Positions 1 through 10,191 of a stretch of 64,000 bases of DNA are shown piece by piece. The position numbers were made by a program, and so were the translations under genes. Source of the DNA: Candidatus Iainarchaeum sp. (lineage in GTDB: Archaea; Iainarchaeota; Iainarchaeia; Iainarchaeales; JAXPJC01); NCBI GenBank assembly GCA_016187745.1, contig JACPJC010000009.1, positions 1,118-65,117 on the forward strand, read 5' to 3'. The notes below the pieces were generated by a model. It was not told the origin of the DNA and made no database searches. It was given only the letters and a program-made list of their open reading frames with translations. Positions within the stretch are counted from its first letter, which is position 1, and each line of letters opens with the position of its first letter.

Positions 1-1126
1 CAATTTCCGGAAGCTTGTCCAGGCTTGCAGGAATTGCATTGAATTTTGCGATTTCCCCATTTGTATAATACGGGTCATTAACATAAACCTTTGCACCCGC
101 GCGCCTGAGCTGTTCTATCAGCAGGAGGGAAGTTGCGAATGCGGTTTCCTTCACATCCTCGCGGTATGCAAGGCCCAAAAGAAGGACTTTTTTATTTTTT
201 AATGCGCCAATGGCGCTTTTAAGTTTGCTTAGTGCGTATCCTGACATGGAATCATTTATATCGCGCGCGATTTTTGGGATTTTCAGGCTCAATCCAAGTT
301 TTTTCGCATTTTCAATGAGGAAATAGGGATAAACCGGGGCGCAATGGCCTCCAACTCCGATTCCGGGAAGCAATAAATGCGAAAAGGGATTTGTGTTTTC
401 GGCTTTTGCCGCTTCCGCATAATCGATTCCTGAAAGTTCAGCGAATTTTGCAAACTCATTCGCAAGCGCAATATTCACATCGCGGTAGGTCATGCCCGCA
501 AGCTTTGTGAATTCCGCGGTTTCTGAATTCTTAACCGCAATTACATTTCCCGCGCCAAAGACTTTTTTGTAGAATCCGGAGATTGCGTTGGTTGATTTTT
601 TATCAACCCCGCCGACTATTTTGGGATAGGCGCGCAAATCCTGGAGGATTCTTCCGGAATAAACCCTTTCGGGGCTGAAGGCAACACTGAACTGCGGAGC
701 GGAAAGCCCGGAATGTTTTGCAAGCATTGGCAGCAGGCGGTTGCGCGTTGTTCCCACCGGGAGGGTAGTTTCATAAATCACAAGCGCGCCTTTTTGAATG
801 CCGCGCGCAACGGAAATTGTTGCGGCATCAACAGCTGAAAAATCCGGCTTTTTATTTTTGTTCACTATCAATGGGACAATTATGATTGCGACCTTGCAAT
901 TTTTCACAGCACTTGTTGTTTCTGTTGTCGCATGGAATTTATTCTTTTTAATTGCATTTTTGAGCACATTTTCAATGCCGGGCTCAATAATATGCACCTT
1001 TCCTTCATTTAATTGCCTAACAACCCCCTTGTTCACATCGCAGCCGATTACCTCAAAGCCCCTGCGCAGCAATTGCGCGGCAATAGGCAGGCCTATTTTT
1101 CCCATTCCTACAATAGCGACCTTCAT
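1..1126 (-). CDS. Nucleotide-sugar 6-dehydrogenase (UDP-GlcNAc/ManNAc dehydrogenase, WbpA/WecC family), runs off the left edge
   Basis: Not in the ORF track. Read manually from ATG at 1126: MKVAIVGMGKIGLP (Rossmann), ETTLPVGTT, FSPER, YRDVNIALANE, GVGGHC (catalytic Cys). Confidence 0.9.
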   Translation of the reverse strand, partial: MKVAIVGMGKIGLPIAAQLLRRGFEVIGCDVNKGVVRQLNEGKVHIIEPGIENVLKNAIKKNKFHATTETTSAVKNCKVAIIIVPLIVNKNKKPDFSAVDAATISVARGIQKGALVIYETTLPVGTTRNRLLPMLAKHSGLSAPQFSVAFSPERVYSGRILQDLRAYPKIVGGVDKKSTNAISGFYKKVFGAGNVIAVKNSETAEFTKLAGMTYRDVNIALANEFAKFAELSGIDYAEAAKAENTNPFSHLLLPGIGVGGHCAPVYPYFLIENAKKLGLSLKIPKIARDINDSMSGYALSKLKSAIGALKNKKVLLLGLAYREDVKETAFATSLLLIEQLRRAGAKVYVNDPYYTNGEIAKFNAIPASLDKLPEI

Positions 1127-1127
1127 T

Positions 1128-2120
1128 TCAGCAGCCTTTGTTGTTTTTCCCATCGCTTACAAGCAGTTCCGCGACTTCAAGCGCCCTTAACGCATCCTCA
1201 ATGCTTACCGGGGGTTTAGCGCCCTTTGCAACGTAATTTATGAAGCTCTCAATCTCCGCAAGCAATGGCTCTTTCTTTGCAATCATGAATTTTGTCATGT
1301 TGCCTTCTGTAACCCCAAGGGCGGTTTCAGCATAGTCAAATCTCCCGGCATACATGTTGTTCTCATAGAAATAAATGTCCTGGGTTAGATAATTTGCAAC
1401 AAACATGCCCTTTTCACCAGTAACCCTCAATTCCCTTATTTTTGTGGGGGTAAGCCAGTCGATGTTCAGCGAAACGACAATATTGCTGTGCAGCTTCAGC
1501 AGCGCAGTAAGCAAATCCTCATGCTTCGGGTGAATGCGCCTTTCGGTTTCAGCATGCATCCTTTCAATTTTAAGCCCGACCAAATAATTTATCACATCCA
1601 GGTCATGCACTGCAAGGTCAACTACAACTCCGACATCGCTTATGCGCGTCGGGAACGGCCCGCATCTATAAGCCTCAATCTTGTAAACCTTCCCCAATTT
1701 CCCGGCATCGATCATCTTCTTCAGCTCAATCACCGCGGGATTGAACCTTTCCACATGCCCTATCATCATTTTTGCCTTGTTCGCGTTTGCAAACTCAACA
1801 ATCTCCTTTGCATCCTTTGTGTTGGAGGCTATGGGCTTCTCAAGCAGGACTGAAATTCCCTTTTTCATTGCCTCAATTGCGGCCTCCTTGTGCAAATCTG
1901 TGGGCAGGGCAATGCTCACAACATCCAGTTTCTCATTTTCAAGCATTTCAGTATAATTTGCATAGGGAATTGCGTGATAGCGCCTTGAAATTTTCCCCAA
2001 TGCTGTCTTATCGGTGTCGCAGACAGCGCATAATTCCACATTGTCCATATCAGCATAAATCCTTGCGTGGTTTCTCCCCATGTAGCCCAAGCCAATTACA
2101 CCTGCGCGCAGTTTTTCCAT
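1128..2120 (-). CDS. Gfo/Idh/MocA oxidoreductase, WbpB/WlbA-like UDP-GlcNAcA 3-dehydrogenase
   Basis: GVIGLGYMG, LEKP, GHVERFNP, DLAVHDLD motifs. Start placed at ATG 2120 after AGGTGA. Confidence 0.85.
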   Translation of the reverse strand: MEKLRAGVIGLGYMGRNHARIYADMDNVELCAVCDTDKTALGKISRRYHAIPYANYTEMLENEKLDVVSIALPTDLHKEAAIEAMKKGISVLLEKPIASNTKDAKEIVEFANANKAKMMIGHVERFNPAVIELKKMIDAGKLGKVYKIEAYRCGPFPTRISDVGVVVDLAVHDLDVINYLVGLKIERMHAETERRIHPKHEDLLTALLKLHSNIVVSLNIDWLTPTKIRELRVTGEKGMFVANYLTQDIYFYENNMYAGRFDYAETALGVTEGNMTKFMIAKKEPLLAEIESFINYVAKGAKPPVSIEDALRALEVAELLVSDGKNNKGC

Positions 2121-2128
2121 TTTGCATT

Positions 2129-2728
2129 TCACCTTTTGTCCATTTTATTCCAGTCAGCAATAGGAATCCTTGTTTCATTATTGCATTCCTTGCAGCCCAT
2201 AAGCACAAAATCCCCCGTCTTTCCCTTTTGCTCCATATTCGCCCCGCACTCGCACACAAATCCAGTTATGCGCGCAGGAACTCCGATTGCAAGCCCATGC
2301 TCCGGAACATCCTTTGTCACTACACTCCCTGCGCCAACCATTGCATATTTCCCAATTGAAACGCCGCCCATTATTGTTGCATTCGCCCCGATTGATGCGC
2401 CCTTGCCTATTTTTGTAATTTTGGTGCGCCTTTTCTCATCCCATATGAACGCTCTGGGCTTGGCGTCGTTTGTGAATGTAGCGCTCGGTCCAATAAAAAC
2501 ATCATCAGCGATTTCCGCATCATAAACTGAAACATTGTTCTGTATTTTAACACCGTTCCCAATCTTCACATTCCAGTCAATGTAAACGTTCTTTCCTAAA
2601 ATGCAGTTCTCCCCGATAATTGCCTTCTCGCGCACCTGGCACTGGTGCCATATTTTTGTGTTTGCGCCGATATTCGCACCGCTGGAAACATCCGCAGTTG
2701 AATGGATTTTAACATTTTCAGCAATCAT
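2129..2728 (-). CDS. Hexapeptide-repeat N-acetyltransferase, WbpD/WlbB-like, with C-terminal CxC..CxxC
   Basis: [39 protein letters not shown]. Start MIAENVKIH overlaps the upstream stop. Confidence 0.85.
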   Translation of the reverse strand: MIAENVKIHSTADVSSGANIGANTKIWHQCQVREKAIIGENCILGKNVYIDWNVKIGNGVKIQNNVSVYDAEIADDVFIGPSATFTNDAKPRAFIWDEKRRTKITKIGKGASIGANATIMGGVSIGKYAMVGAGSVVTKDVPEHGLAIGVPARITGFVCECGANMEQKGKTGDFVLMGCKECNNETRIPIADWNKMDKR

Positions 2729-3702
2729 TTTCTCATTCCCATGGCATTTATTGTCCCGAAAACAAGCCCTATAGAAAATGCCGCAGTGCGCAATAAAGTC
2801 GTTATTGGTACAATTATGCCAACTGCAAAATCGCGCTTTCCTGACCATATTGCAAAGGGCACTGTGCTAATCAGGAAGAGAATAAAAAACGCAAGCGCAG
2901 CATATGCAAGCAATCCATAAAAAGCGCTTCCGATGAGGGATAAAACAAGCAAATAAAACAGCCCCAACTGCATTTTCAGTTTCTGCGAGGTGTATGAGTC
3001 CTTCACAATCTTGTCCTGATGCTTTTTATAAATCAGGGCGCGCCAGAAAGCGCGGAAGTATTTTACGCGCAGGTATTTCCATAAGCTGGTGGGATGAGTG
3101 TGCCATGCGATTGCGCGCTGAGCGAAAACCATTTTTTTTCCTGAAGCGGAAAGCCTGAAGCTCAAATCAGTGTCCTCGCCGGAAGCCATCGGGAAGGAAG
3201 CATCAAACCCATGCGCCTTCAAAAACTCATTTTTCCTGTAGGCTGCCGCATAGCTGCCGATAAAATCAATGTATTTCTGCTTTTGCATGCGCTCATAGCG
3301 CTCCTCTATTTCCAAGTGGATAAGCCTTGCAATCAATTCCTTTTGTTTGCATTTATATCTGCCCTGCACACCAACAATTTCTTTTGCGCTAAAGGGGTTT
3401 GCCATTTCCGCAATGAAATTTTTATCTAAAATGCAGTCGGAATCGGTAAATATGAGGATTTTCCCATTTGCATTTTTCGCGCCAAGATTGCGCGCCTTTG
3501 CGGGGCCGGCATGATTTTGCATGAGCAGTTTCACTTTTGGGAACTTCCCTGCGATTTGCCTTGTCCTGTCTTTTGAGCCGTCATCAACCACAATTATCTC
3601 ATACTTTCCTTTGTAATTCTGGGCGCTAAGGGAACTCAAGCAGGCAGCAATTGTCCTTTCCGCATTGTATGCAGGAATAATAACGCTAACGTCCATATTC
3701 AA
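2725..3702 (-). CDS. Glycosyltransferase family 2 with C-terminal TM helices
   Basis: [26 protein letters not shown] motifs. Confidence 0.9.
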   Translation of the reverse strand: MNMDVSVIIPAYNAERTIAACLSSLSAQNYKGKYEIIVVDDGSKDRTRQIAGKFPKVKLLMQNHAGPAKARNLGAKNANGKILIFTDSDCILDKNFIAEMANPFSAKEIVGVQGRYKCKQKELIARLIHLEIEERYERMQKQKYIDFIGSYAAAYRKNEFLKAHGFDASFPMASGEDTDLSFRLSASGKKMVFAQRAIAWHTHPTSLWKYLRVKYFRAFWRALIYKKHQDKIVKDSYTSQKLKMQLGLFYLLVLSLIGSAFYGLLAYAALAFFILFLISTVPFAIWSGKRDFAVGIIVPITTLLRTAAFSIGLVFGTINAMGMRK

Positions 3703-4271
3703 TCCCCTTTCCTTGCAATTACTGCCATGTCTTCCTGCAATCCTGCGGGAAGTATTTTATGCGCGGCCTTTCTCAGCGCGAATAATTTCGAGTGCCTGCT
3801 GCCATCGCAGCTTTCAGGGGTGTAGGGGAACATCCTGAAGTTTTCAATTTCAAAGCCGTTTTTTTCAAGCAGCGAAGCAAGCTCCTTCCTGTTGAATAAA
3901 TGCAGATGCACCTTAGTATTGTAGGATTTGAGCAGCTTGTTTATTGCGCTGTTTCTGTTCGGGGTGCTTAAAACAAGCAGCCCGTTAGGCTTCAATATGC
4001 GGTGCGCCTCCCTTAGGAATTCTTCGGGCTTCTGCAGATGCTCTATTGTTTCCCCGGCAACAATTGAATTGAAGAATCCGTCCTCAAATGGGATTTTCTC
4101 CGCGCTTGCCTTCCTGTAATGCGCATTGCTTTTCCCCTCAATGTCAATCCCATAGATGTTTTCACTGGGAAAGAATTTTTTGAGCGTTTTATGCAGAGAG
4201 CCGCAGTAATAGCCGACATCAAGTATTTTTCCCGAAATGTGCGCCACAATGAAATTAGTCCTGCCATCCAT
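3699..4271 (-). CDS. Class I SAM-dependent methyltransferase
   Basis: ILDVG motif I, IEHL, RILKPNG, STPN. Confidence 0.85.
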   Translation of the reverse strand: MDGRTNFIVAHISGKILDVGYYCGSLHKTLKKFFPSENIYGIDIEGKSNAHYRKASAEKIPFEDGFFNSIVAGETIEHLQKPEEFLREAHRILKPNGLLVLSTPNRNSAINKLLKSYNTKVHLHLFNRKELASLLEKNGFEIENFRMFPYTPESCDGSRHSKLFALRKAAHKILPAGLQEDMAVIARKGD

Positions 4272-4289
4272 TTTTCTTGCTCCAAAAAA

Positions 4290-5756
4290 TCATTTCAATT
4301 TGAAAAGATGCCTTGAAAATGTTTTTCCCGCCTTCATAAGCCTTGGGATTTCCTTCGGCTGCGTTATTGCCTGGGCAAGCTTTCCTGCAATGTAATTCGG
4401 CCTCAGGTAAAATTCCATCCTTGCCCTGTCGCAGAGTTCCACAAGCGCCTTGTTTGTTAGTTCAGGCCTCGAGATTATGCAGTTGTGCTGGCCGCTTGCA
4501 TCAAGCCAGTCTGCAAAATCTTCGCTTGTGAGGTGCCCATTTCTCTTTGCCCAGGAGTAGGTTTCAGTGCCGGGATATACCATTATCGGGAAGAACTGCG
4601 CGGTATCGGGGTTAAGAAGCTTTGCAAACCCGACTGTTTTTGCGATTGTTTCCCTTGTTTCCCCCTGATTTCCCAGCATAAAGCATCCGTGCACCAACAG
4701 GCCGGCACGCTTCGCATCCTGCATGAATTTTTTTATTGTTTCAATGCGCATTCCCTTGCGAATGTTATTCAGAATTTCCTGCGCGCCTGATTCAAATCCC
4801 ACGCATAAAAGCCTGCAGCCGGCTTTTTTCATTTTCTGCATTGTTTCAAAATCCACATCAGCGCGCGCATTGCAGCTCCATGTGATTTTTATGTTGTTTT
4901 TGAGCAATGCATCGCAGAATTCCCTTGCGCGATAGCGATTTGCGGTAAAGGTGTCATCCTCGATGAAAATTTCCTTCACATCGGGGAAATTCTCCCTTAT
5001 GTATCTGAATTCAGCAATCACATTCTCAATGCTTCTCTGCCTGTAGGCTCTTCCATTCATAACCTGCGGAAGGACACAGAAAGTGCACATGTTCGGGCAG
5101 CCCCTTCCTGTTACAATGGTAATTTCAGGATAGAGGTTTGCGGCATAGAAATAATTTTTGTAATTGAGGTGCTTCTTGTAAACCGCGCTCACAAACGGAA
5201 GCTCATCCAGATTCTCAATGAAAGGCCTTTCCTTGTTGTGGATTATTTTTTTGCCCTTCCTGAAGCTCAATCCCTTAATCCTTTTCAGATTTATTTTTTG
5301 TTTTCTGCCCCTTTTATTCATTTTTTCAAGCTCTTCCGCAAGCTCGCGCAATGTATAATCATACTCGCGCCTTGCGATTGCATCAATTGCCGGGTTTATT
5401 TTCAGCGATTCCGAGGGAAGCGCGCTTACATGCGTTCCCACCAAAACAGCAAATGCGCCTGTTTCCTTTTTGAGTTCAGCGGCAAATTCAACATCATTGT
5501 AGATGCTTGCAGTTGCGGTATCGCTCACAATCAATTGCGGGGAGAATTTTTTTGCAATTTTCATAATTTTCTCTTTATCATAGCCCTCTGCAGGCGCATC
5601 AATTAATTTCACTTCATGCCCTGCTTCTTCCAGAACGCCTGTGGCATATGCAAGCCACAAAGGAAAATAAATAGTGCCGCCCTTTGTTACTGCCGGGCTC
5701 CTTGAAGCGCGGGAGAATTTGGGCAGGAAAGGGGGGTTTAGCATCAGTATTCTCAT
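4290..5756 (-). CDS. B12-binding-domain radical SAM protein (HpnJ-like)
   Basis: N-terminal cobalamin-binding-type domain (PLWLAYA, VGTHVSALP), GRGCPNMCTFC, EDDTF, GFESG. Confidence 0.88.
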   Translation of the reverse strand: MRILMLNPPFLPKFSRASRSPAVTKGGTIYFPLWLAYATGVLEEAGHEVKLIDAPAEGYDKEKIMKIAKKFSPQLIVSDTATASIYNDVEFAAELKKETGAFAVLVGTHVSALPSESLKINPAIDAIARREYDYTLRELAEELEKMNKRGRKQKINLKRIKGLSFRKGKKIIHNKERPFIENLDELPFVSAVYKKHLNYKNYFYAANLYPEITIVTGRGCPNMCTFCVLPQVMNGRAYRQRSIENVIAEFRYIRENFPDVKEIFIEDDTFTANRYRAREFCDALLKNNIKITWSCNARADVDFETMQKMKKAGCRLLCVGFESGAQEILNNIRKGMRIETIKKFMQDAKRAGLLVHGCFMLGNQGETRETIAKTVGFAKLLNPDTAQFFPIMVYPGTETYSWAKRNGHLTSEDFADWLDASGQHNCIISRPELTNKALVELCDRARMEFYLRPNYIAGKLAQAITQPKEIPRLMKAGKTFSRHLFKLK

Positions 5757-5764
5757 GGTTCCAC

Positions 5765-6544
5765 TTATTTCCTGTTTTTGCTGAACTGCTCGAAGAGTTC
5801 ATCGTATATCTTCATGTCGTGCTCATGCGCATGCATCTTGTTGTTCGCAACCAGCAAATCCTCAAAGTCCCCGGCATCAAACCAGCCCCTGCGCAGTATG
5901 CTTGCCTTTAGAGTTCCTTTCTGAAGGTAAGCGCTATTTACTTCGGTAATTTCTGTTTCTCCTCTTGCGGAAGGCTTGAGTTTGCGTATAATGTCAAAAA
6001 CCCCGCCTGTGTACATATAAACGCCAATGCTTATGAGCCTGCTTGGGGGCTCTGGGGGCTTTTCAATTAACTTAACAACTTTATCCCCCTCCATTACCGC
6101 AACTCCGGATTTGCGTGCCTCTTCAATTGAGCCTTCATAAAGGAGAATGCGCGCCTCTTCTTCCCCGCGCAAAAATTCATCAGCATATTGCTTAAGCGAT
6201 TCCAAAACAACGTTGTCCCCGTTGATTGAAATGAATTTGTCATTTCCTACAAAATCCTCTGCAAGCGAGATTGCGCTTGGAATGCCTCCTGCCTCATCCT
6301 GCACGCGGTATGTGAATTTTACCCCGAAGTCTTTTCCGGAGCCGAGCAACTGGAAAATCGCGCCCGCGTGGTATGTTCCTGTAATGACCATTATGTCCTT
6401 TATGCCCGCGCTCATTAGCGCTCCCAAAGGATAATAAATCATCGGGAGTTTATAAATTGGTAGAAGATGTTTGTTGCTTACCAGCGTCAAAGGAAGTAAC
6501 CTGCTTCCTGTCCCCCCTGCAAGAATTACGCCCTTCAATTTCAT
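5765..6544 (-). CDS. rmlA: Glucose-1-phosphate thymidylyltransferase
   Basis: GVILAGGTGSRLLPLT, KPSARGETEIT, WFDAG. Adjacent to rmlB. Confidence 0.85.
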   Translation of the reverse strand: MKLKGVILAGGTGSRLLPLTLVSNKHLLPIYKLPMIYYPLGALMSAGIKDIMVITGTYHAGAIFQLLGSGKDFGVKFTYRVQDEAGGIPSAISLAEDFVGNDKFISINGDNVVLESLKQYADEFLRGEEEARILLYEGSIEEARKSGVAVMEGDKVVKLIEKPPEPPSRLISIGVYMYTGGVFDIIRKLKPSARGETEITEVNSAYLQKGTLKASILRRGWFDAGDFEDLLVANNKMHAHEHDMKIYDELFEQFSKNRK

Positions 6545-7617
6545 TTCCTCGCCTCCTTAACTAAAGAGCCTTGGCGCTGGAGTTTAGATACATCATTTGT
6601 ATTTATACCAAGGTTCTTTACAAATAAATTTCCTGCCTCAGCCTTCTTCATGTCTGCGCCCTGCTTAAGGGTCTTCCACCACGCTTCATTTTTCTCATAC
6701 CATTCAATTGTTGAGCGGAGCGCCCTGCCGAATTCAGTATCCGGCTTCCATCCGAGATCATTTTTTATTTTCGAGCAGTCCATGCTATAGCGCCTGTCAT
6801 GGCCTGTCCTGTCTGGAACATGCTGAATGAAATTCTCATCCCTCCCTAGCGCCTTAAGCAGCGATTTTGTAAGCTCAATGTTCGGCATTTCGGTATTTCC
6901 CCCGATATTGTAGACTTCCCCGCTTTTTCCCTTGTGCAGAACAAGGTCAATTGCCTCGCAGTTGTCCCTTACATAAAGCCAGTCGCGCACCTGCATCCCA
7001 TCCCCATAAACAGGAACTTTTTTCCCTTCAATGAGGTTTGTTATGAAAAGCGGGATTATTTTTTCAGGGAACTGGAACGGGCCGAAATTATTCGAGCTGC
7101 GCGTAATGGCAACAGGCAGCCCATAGGTTGCGAAATAGGAATATGCAAGCCTGTCCGCGCCGGCTTTTGAAGCGGAGTAGGGATTGCGCGGCATGAGAAG
7201 GGAGCTTTCGGTGAAGCTTCCATGCAGAATTTGCCCATAAACCTCATCAGTCGAGATTTGCACGAATTTTTCTATTTTTTGCTTAAGCGCTTCCTCAAGC
7301 AGCGTGTATGCGCCAATTATATCTGTGCGGATGAATGCTGTCGCATCTGCTATACTTCTATCCACATGGGTTTCAGCAGCGAAATTAATTACCGCATTGC
7401 AGCCATGCATGGCATCAGCAACAATTTTTGCATCGCATATATCGCCCTTAATGAATTTATAATTAGGGTTTTTCTCAATATCCTTAAGGTTTTCAAGCCT
7501 TCCGGCATATGTGAGCTTGTCAAGATTTACAATCTTATAATCCGGGTGCTTCCCAATAATGTAATGGATGAAGTTGCTGCCGATGAAGCCGCAGCCCCCG
7601 GTAACCAGAATCTGCAT
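6541..7617 (-). CDS. rmlB: dTDP-glucose 4,6-dehydratase
   Basis: TGGCGFIG, DKLTYAG, AAETHVDRS, STDEVYG, YSASK, GHDRRY. Confidence 0.95.
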   Translation of the reverse strand: MQILVTGGCGFIGSNFIHYIIGKHPDYKIVNLDKLTYAGRLENLKDIEKNPNYKFIKGDICDAKIVADAMHGCNAVINFAAETHVDRSIADATAFIRTDIIGAYTLLEEALKQKIEKFVQISTDEVYGQILHGSFTESSLLMPRNPYSASKAGADRLAYSYFATYGLPVAITRSSNNFGPFQFPEKIIPLFITNLIEGKKVPVYGDGMQVRDWLYVRDNCEAIDLVLHKGKSGEVYNIGGNTEMPNIELTKSLLKALGRDENFIQHVPDRTGHDRRYSMDCSKIKNDLGWKPDTEFGRALRSTIEWYEKNEAWWKTLKQGADMKKAEAGNLFVKNLGINTNDVSKLQRQGSLVKEARK

Positions 7618-7693
7618 AATAGTATACTATAGTTTGGATTGTTTATAAAGGGTTATTTTTCTAGTTATGTACTATAAAACCGCAGGCTTTCTG

Positions 7694-8827
7694 TCATTTG
7701 TTTCCTGCTGTAAAATCCTCATAAACATCCTCTATTTTCCTGAAGGCACCCTCATCCCTGTAATTGCCATTGACCCACTGCCTGAATGATTTTATATCCG
7801 TAATGCCGTCATATTCCTTTTCATTATTATCCTCGTTTGTTATGATGTTCCACAAGTGGGTGCCCATTGCGAAAATATACGGTATTTCCGACTGCTCATC
7901 CTGCGCGCACTTGAGCAATGCCCCAAACCTTGATGTCAATGCATCCAATCTGAATTTTGGATCCCCCGGCATGTCAGAATCGCCCTTTGCAGGGCCATGG
8001 TCAAAATACACAACATTTGGATAATCTGCAGCAGGAATTATTGGATGCGGGCTTAAGAGAGTTTTTGCCTTATTGCACAAGGAATCTTCAGGATAATCTC
8101 TTGAAACAGCCTTAGTGCTTGTCCATATCCTTATGCCTCTCTTATCCAGCTCGCTGATTAATGCATCAGGATCCTGCCTGTATTGGTAGGCCATGCCATG
8201 CATGCTCCCAATATCCGAATATTTGTTGAATAGCATTGCACTGCCTATCCTTGCAAGAAGCTCTTCCATAGTCGGGCTCTGGTCAAGGCCAATCTGACCC
8301 CAGAACAGATTATTTTGCAGATCAACATTTTCGCAGCCCTCAGCGCCTGGAACGCCAATGCCATCATAATAGCAGTGCGAATGCCCGTGGAATCCGATAT
8401 TGTGGCCCTTTGATATTATGTCCGCATCAAAGGAAAAGCCTGCATCCTTTGAGAGCAGCTCTGCAAAAGGCCCCAAAAGCTCAAATGTCGCGGGAATTCC
8501 CAATTCATAAAGCTCATCTGCAACATCCTTCAATCCGTCCCTGCACCTTATATAATCGGAATCGGTTAAGGTGGCTTTTGACATTTCGCAGGGACCTTCG
8601 CCGCTGTGCACTATGAGCAGAATATTCATTTTAACCGCGCCGGTCCCGTCAGGAGGCTCTTCAGCGCAGTCCTGCGGGCATATTGCGGGATTTTTTTTCT
8701 CAACCGGGCCGCATACCCCGTCGCCGCATTTTCCTCTTCCATCAGTATCATCGGGTGTTACGCAGCCGCTGAATAAAACCAGCAGTGCAAGAGATGCAGC
8801 AACTGAAATTGCAATCGCCTTGTTCAT
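7694..8827 (-). CDS. Lipoprotein with Cys-rich CGDG motif and polysaccharide-deacetylase-like (CE4/NodB) domain
   Basis: Lipobox LFSGC, KCGDGVCGPVE..CPQDC, GIPATF and GHNIGFHGHSH resembling the CE4 metal-binding motif. Confidence 0.55.
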   Translation of the reverse strand: MNKAIAISVAASLALLVLFSGCVTPDDTDGRGKCGDGVCGPVEKKNPAICPQDCAEEPPDGTGAVKMNILLIVHSGEGPCEMSKATLTDSDYIRCRDGLKDVADELYELGIPATFELLGPFAELLSKDAGFSFDADIISKGHNIGFHGHSHCYYDGIGVPGAEGCENVDLQNNLFWGQIGLDQSPTMEELLARIGSAMLFNKYSDIGSMHGMAYQYRQDPDALISELDKRGIRIWTSTKAVSRDYPEDSLCNKAKTLLSPHPIIPAADYPNVVYFDHGPAKGDSDMPGDPKFRLDALTSRFGALLKCAQDEQSEIPYIFAMGTHLWNIITNEDNNEKEYDGITDIKSFRQWVNGNYRDEGAFRKIEDVYEDFTAGNK

Positions 8828-10191
8828 TCCAATTCCTCTATAAATACTGGCTCTTTTCCCAGATTTAATATTATCATTCCATTTGTTGCTTCCACTGTGC
8901 TTGTTGCGGATAAGGAGGAAATTTTCACTGCACTGATTCTTCCAACATCCAAAACCATCTCCTGCGGCGAGGCAATTGATTTTCCTGTTGCTATTGCCCT
9001 CAGGTTTTCCGGACTTTCGGCTTCAGCCCAGAAAAGGAGCGGATTAAATGCAAGCCACATTCTTTTGCCATTTTCATCCTTGAATTCCTCAATCCAGTAA
9101 TGCTCTGAATTGATTTCCCCCGCAATATGCTTTGAATAATTCGGGTATTCTCTTGCAAATTCCAGCAGCATTTTGTAATATCCTGCCTTTTTTGCTGATT
9201 GGGAATGAATGCCTGAGGCAAACAGGCCGATTATTCTGCTTTCCCCGCTCTTGCCCGAGGCAAGGGCAAGCCTTTCAGCAAGGAGAATCGCGGTTTCATC
9301 ATCCTCGAGCCAGTTCTGGCCTGCGCCCCTGGACGGCATTGCAACATCCCCCTCGGTTATGAAAATAGCGCGTTTATCATAGCCAAAATCATCCAGAAGC
9401 TTCCTGTATGTTTCTGGAATTTCATATTCCGACAGAAAATTATATGCTGTTTCATTCTCTTCTTTTGTTTGCAAGTATCCGCTGTTCTTTGGATAGAAAT
9501 GAAGCGCCAGAAAATCAAATTCCGCGCCTGCAGAGAAATATTCCTCATAATAATTGTTCATCATTATGTTTTCTTCAGAATTGACGGCAGAGGCCATAAA
9601 GCCCGCAGTGCCTATTTCTATTGAGGGATACTTCTCTTTTACCTTGCGGTAAGCTGCAGTGTTGGATTTTGCCAAATCCGCAGGAGTTCCCTTAAAGCGC
9701 GCGCTCACTTTTCCGTCATAGTCCTTTATGGGTTCATTCTGGAATTCAATGTAATCTATTTTTCTTTTTCCATAGAACTCATCAATGAATGAAACCACAA
9801 ATTCAGCGTATTTTTCCGCATCCTTGTCATTTTTGCCCCCAAGCTTGTAAAATGCCGGCATGACGGAAACATCATATTTGTTTGCAAGCTCAAAAATATA
9901 ATAGTAATCCAGGTTTTCAGACCAGTCCAAATCCCTTGCGCTGGCATTTATTGCCCCCCTTTCGGGATATTTTATCGGCACAAGCACATAATTAATATTC
10001 AGTTCAGCTGCGAGCTTGAATGCATTTTCGCTTATCTCCCTGCTGTTTTCTGTATTCTCCAGCTTGAAGCCGTAAAGAAGCCCTGAAGGCGCATTCAAAT
10101 CAATTGGGGGATTATCAGGCAGGATGCAGCCGCTGAGAAGAACTGTTGCTGCAATTGCAGCAATCAGCAGAACTGCAATTATCTTACTCAT
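8824..10191 (-). CDS. Lipoprotein, clan GH-A-like glycoside hydrolase
   Basis: Lipobox LLSGC, YIEFQNEP (acid/base), DFLALHFY, IFITEG (nucleophile). Confidence 0.65.
   Translation of the reverse strand: MSKIIAVLLIAAIAATVLLSGCILPDNPPIDLNAPSGLLYGFKLENTENSREISENAFKLAAELNINYVLVPIKYPERGAINASARDLDWSENLDYYYIFELANKYDVSVMPAFYKLGGKNDKDAEKYAEFVVSFIDEFYGKRKIDYIEFQNEPIKDYDGKVSARFKGTPADLAKSNTAAYRKVKEKYPSIEIGTAGFMASAVNSEENIMMNNYYEEYFSAGAEFDFLALHFYPKNSGYLQTKEENETAYNFLSEYEIPETYRKLLDDFGYDKRAIFITEGDVAMPSRGAGQNWLEDDETAILLAERLALASGKSGESRIIGLFASGIHSQSAKKAGYYKMLLEFAREYPNYSKHIAGEINSEHYWIEEFKDENGKRMWLAFNPLLFWAEAESPENLRAIATGKSIASPQEMVLDVGRISAVKISSLSATSTVEATNGMIILNLGKEPVFIEELE

Noticed and set aside
798-1190. 130-aa plus-strand ORF and other short overlapping ORFs throughout the track
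   Set aside because: Antisense or off-frame shadows of well-supported genes.
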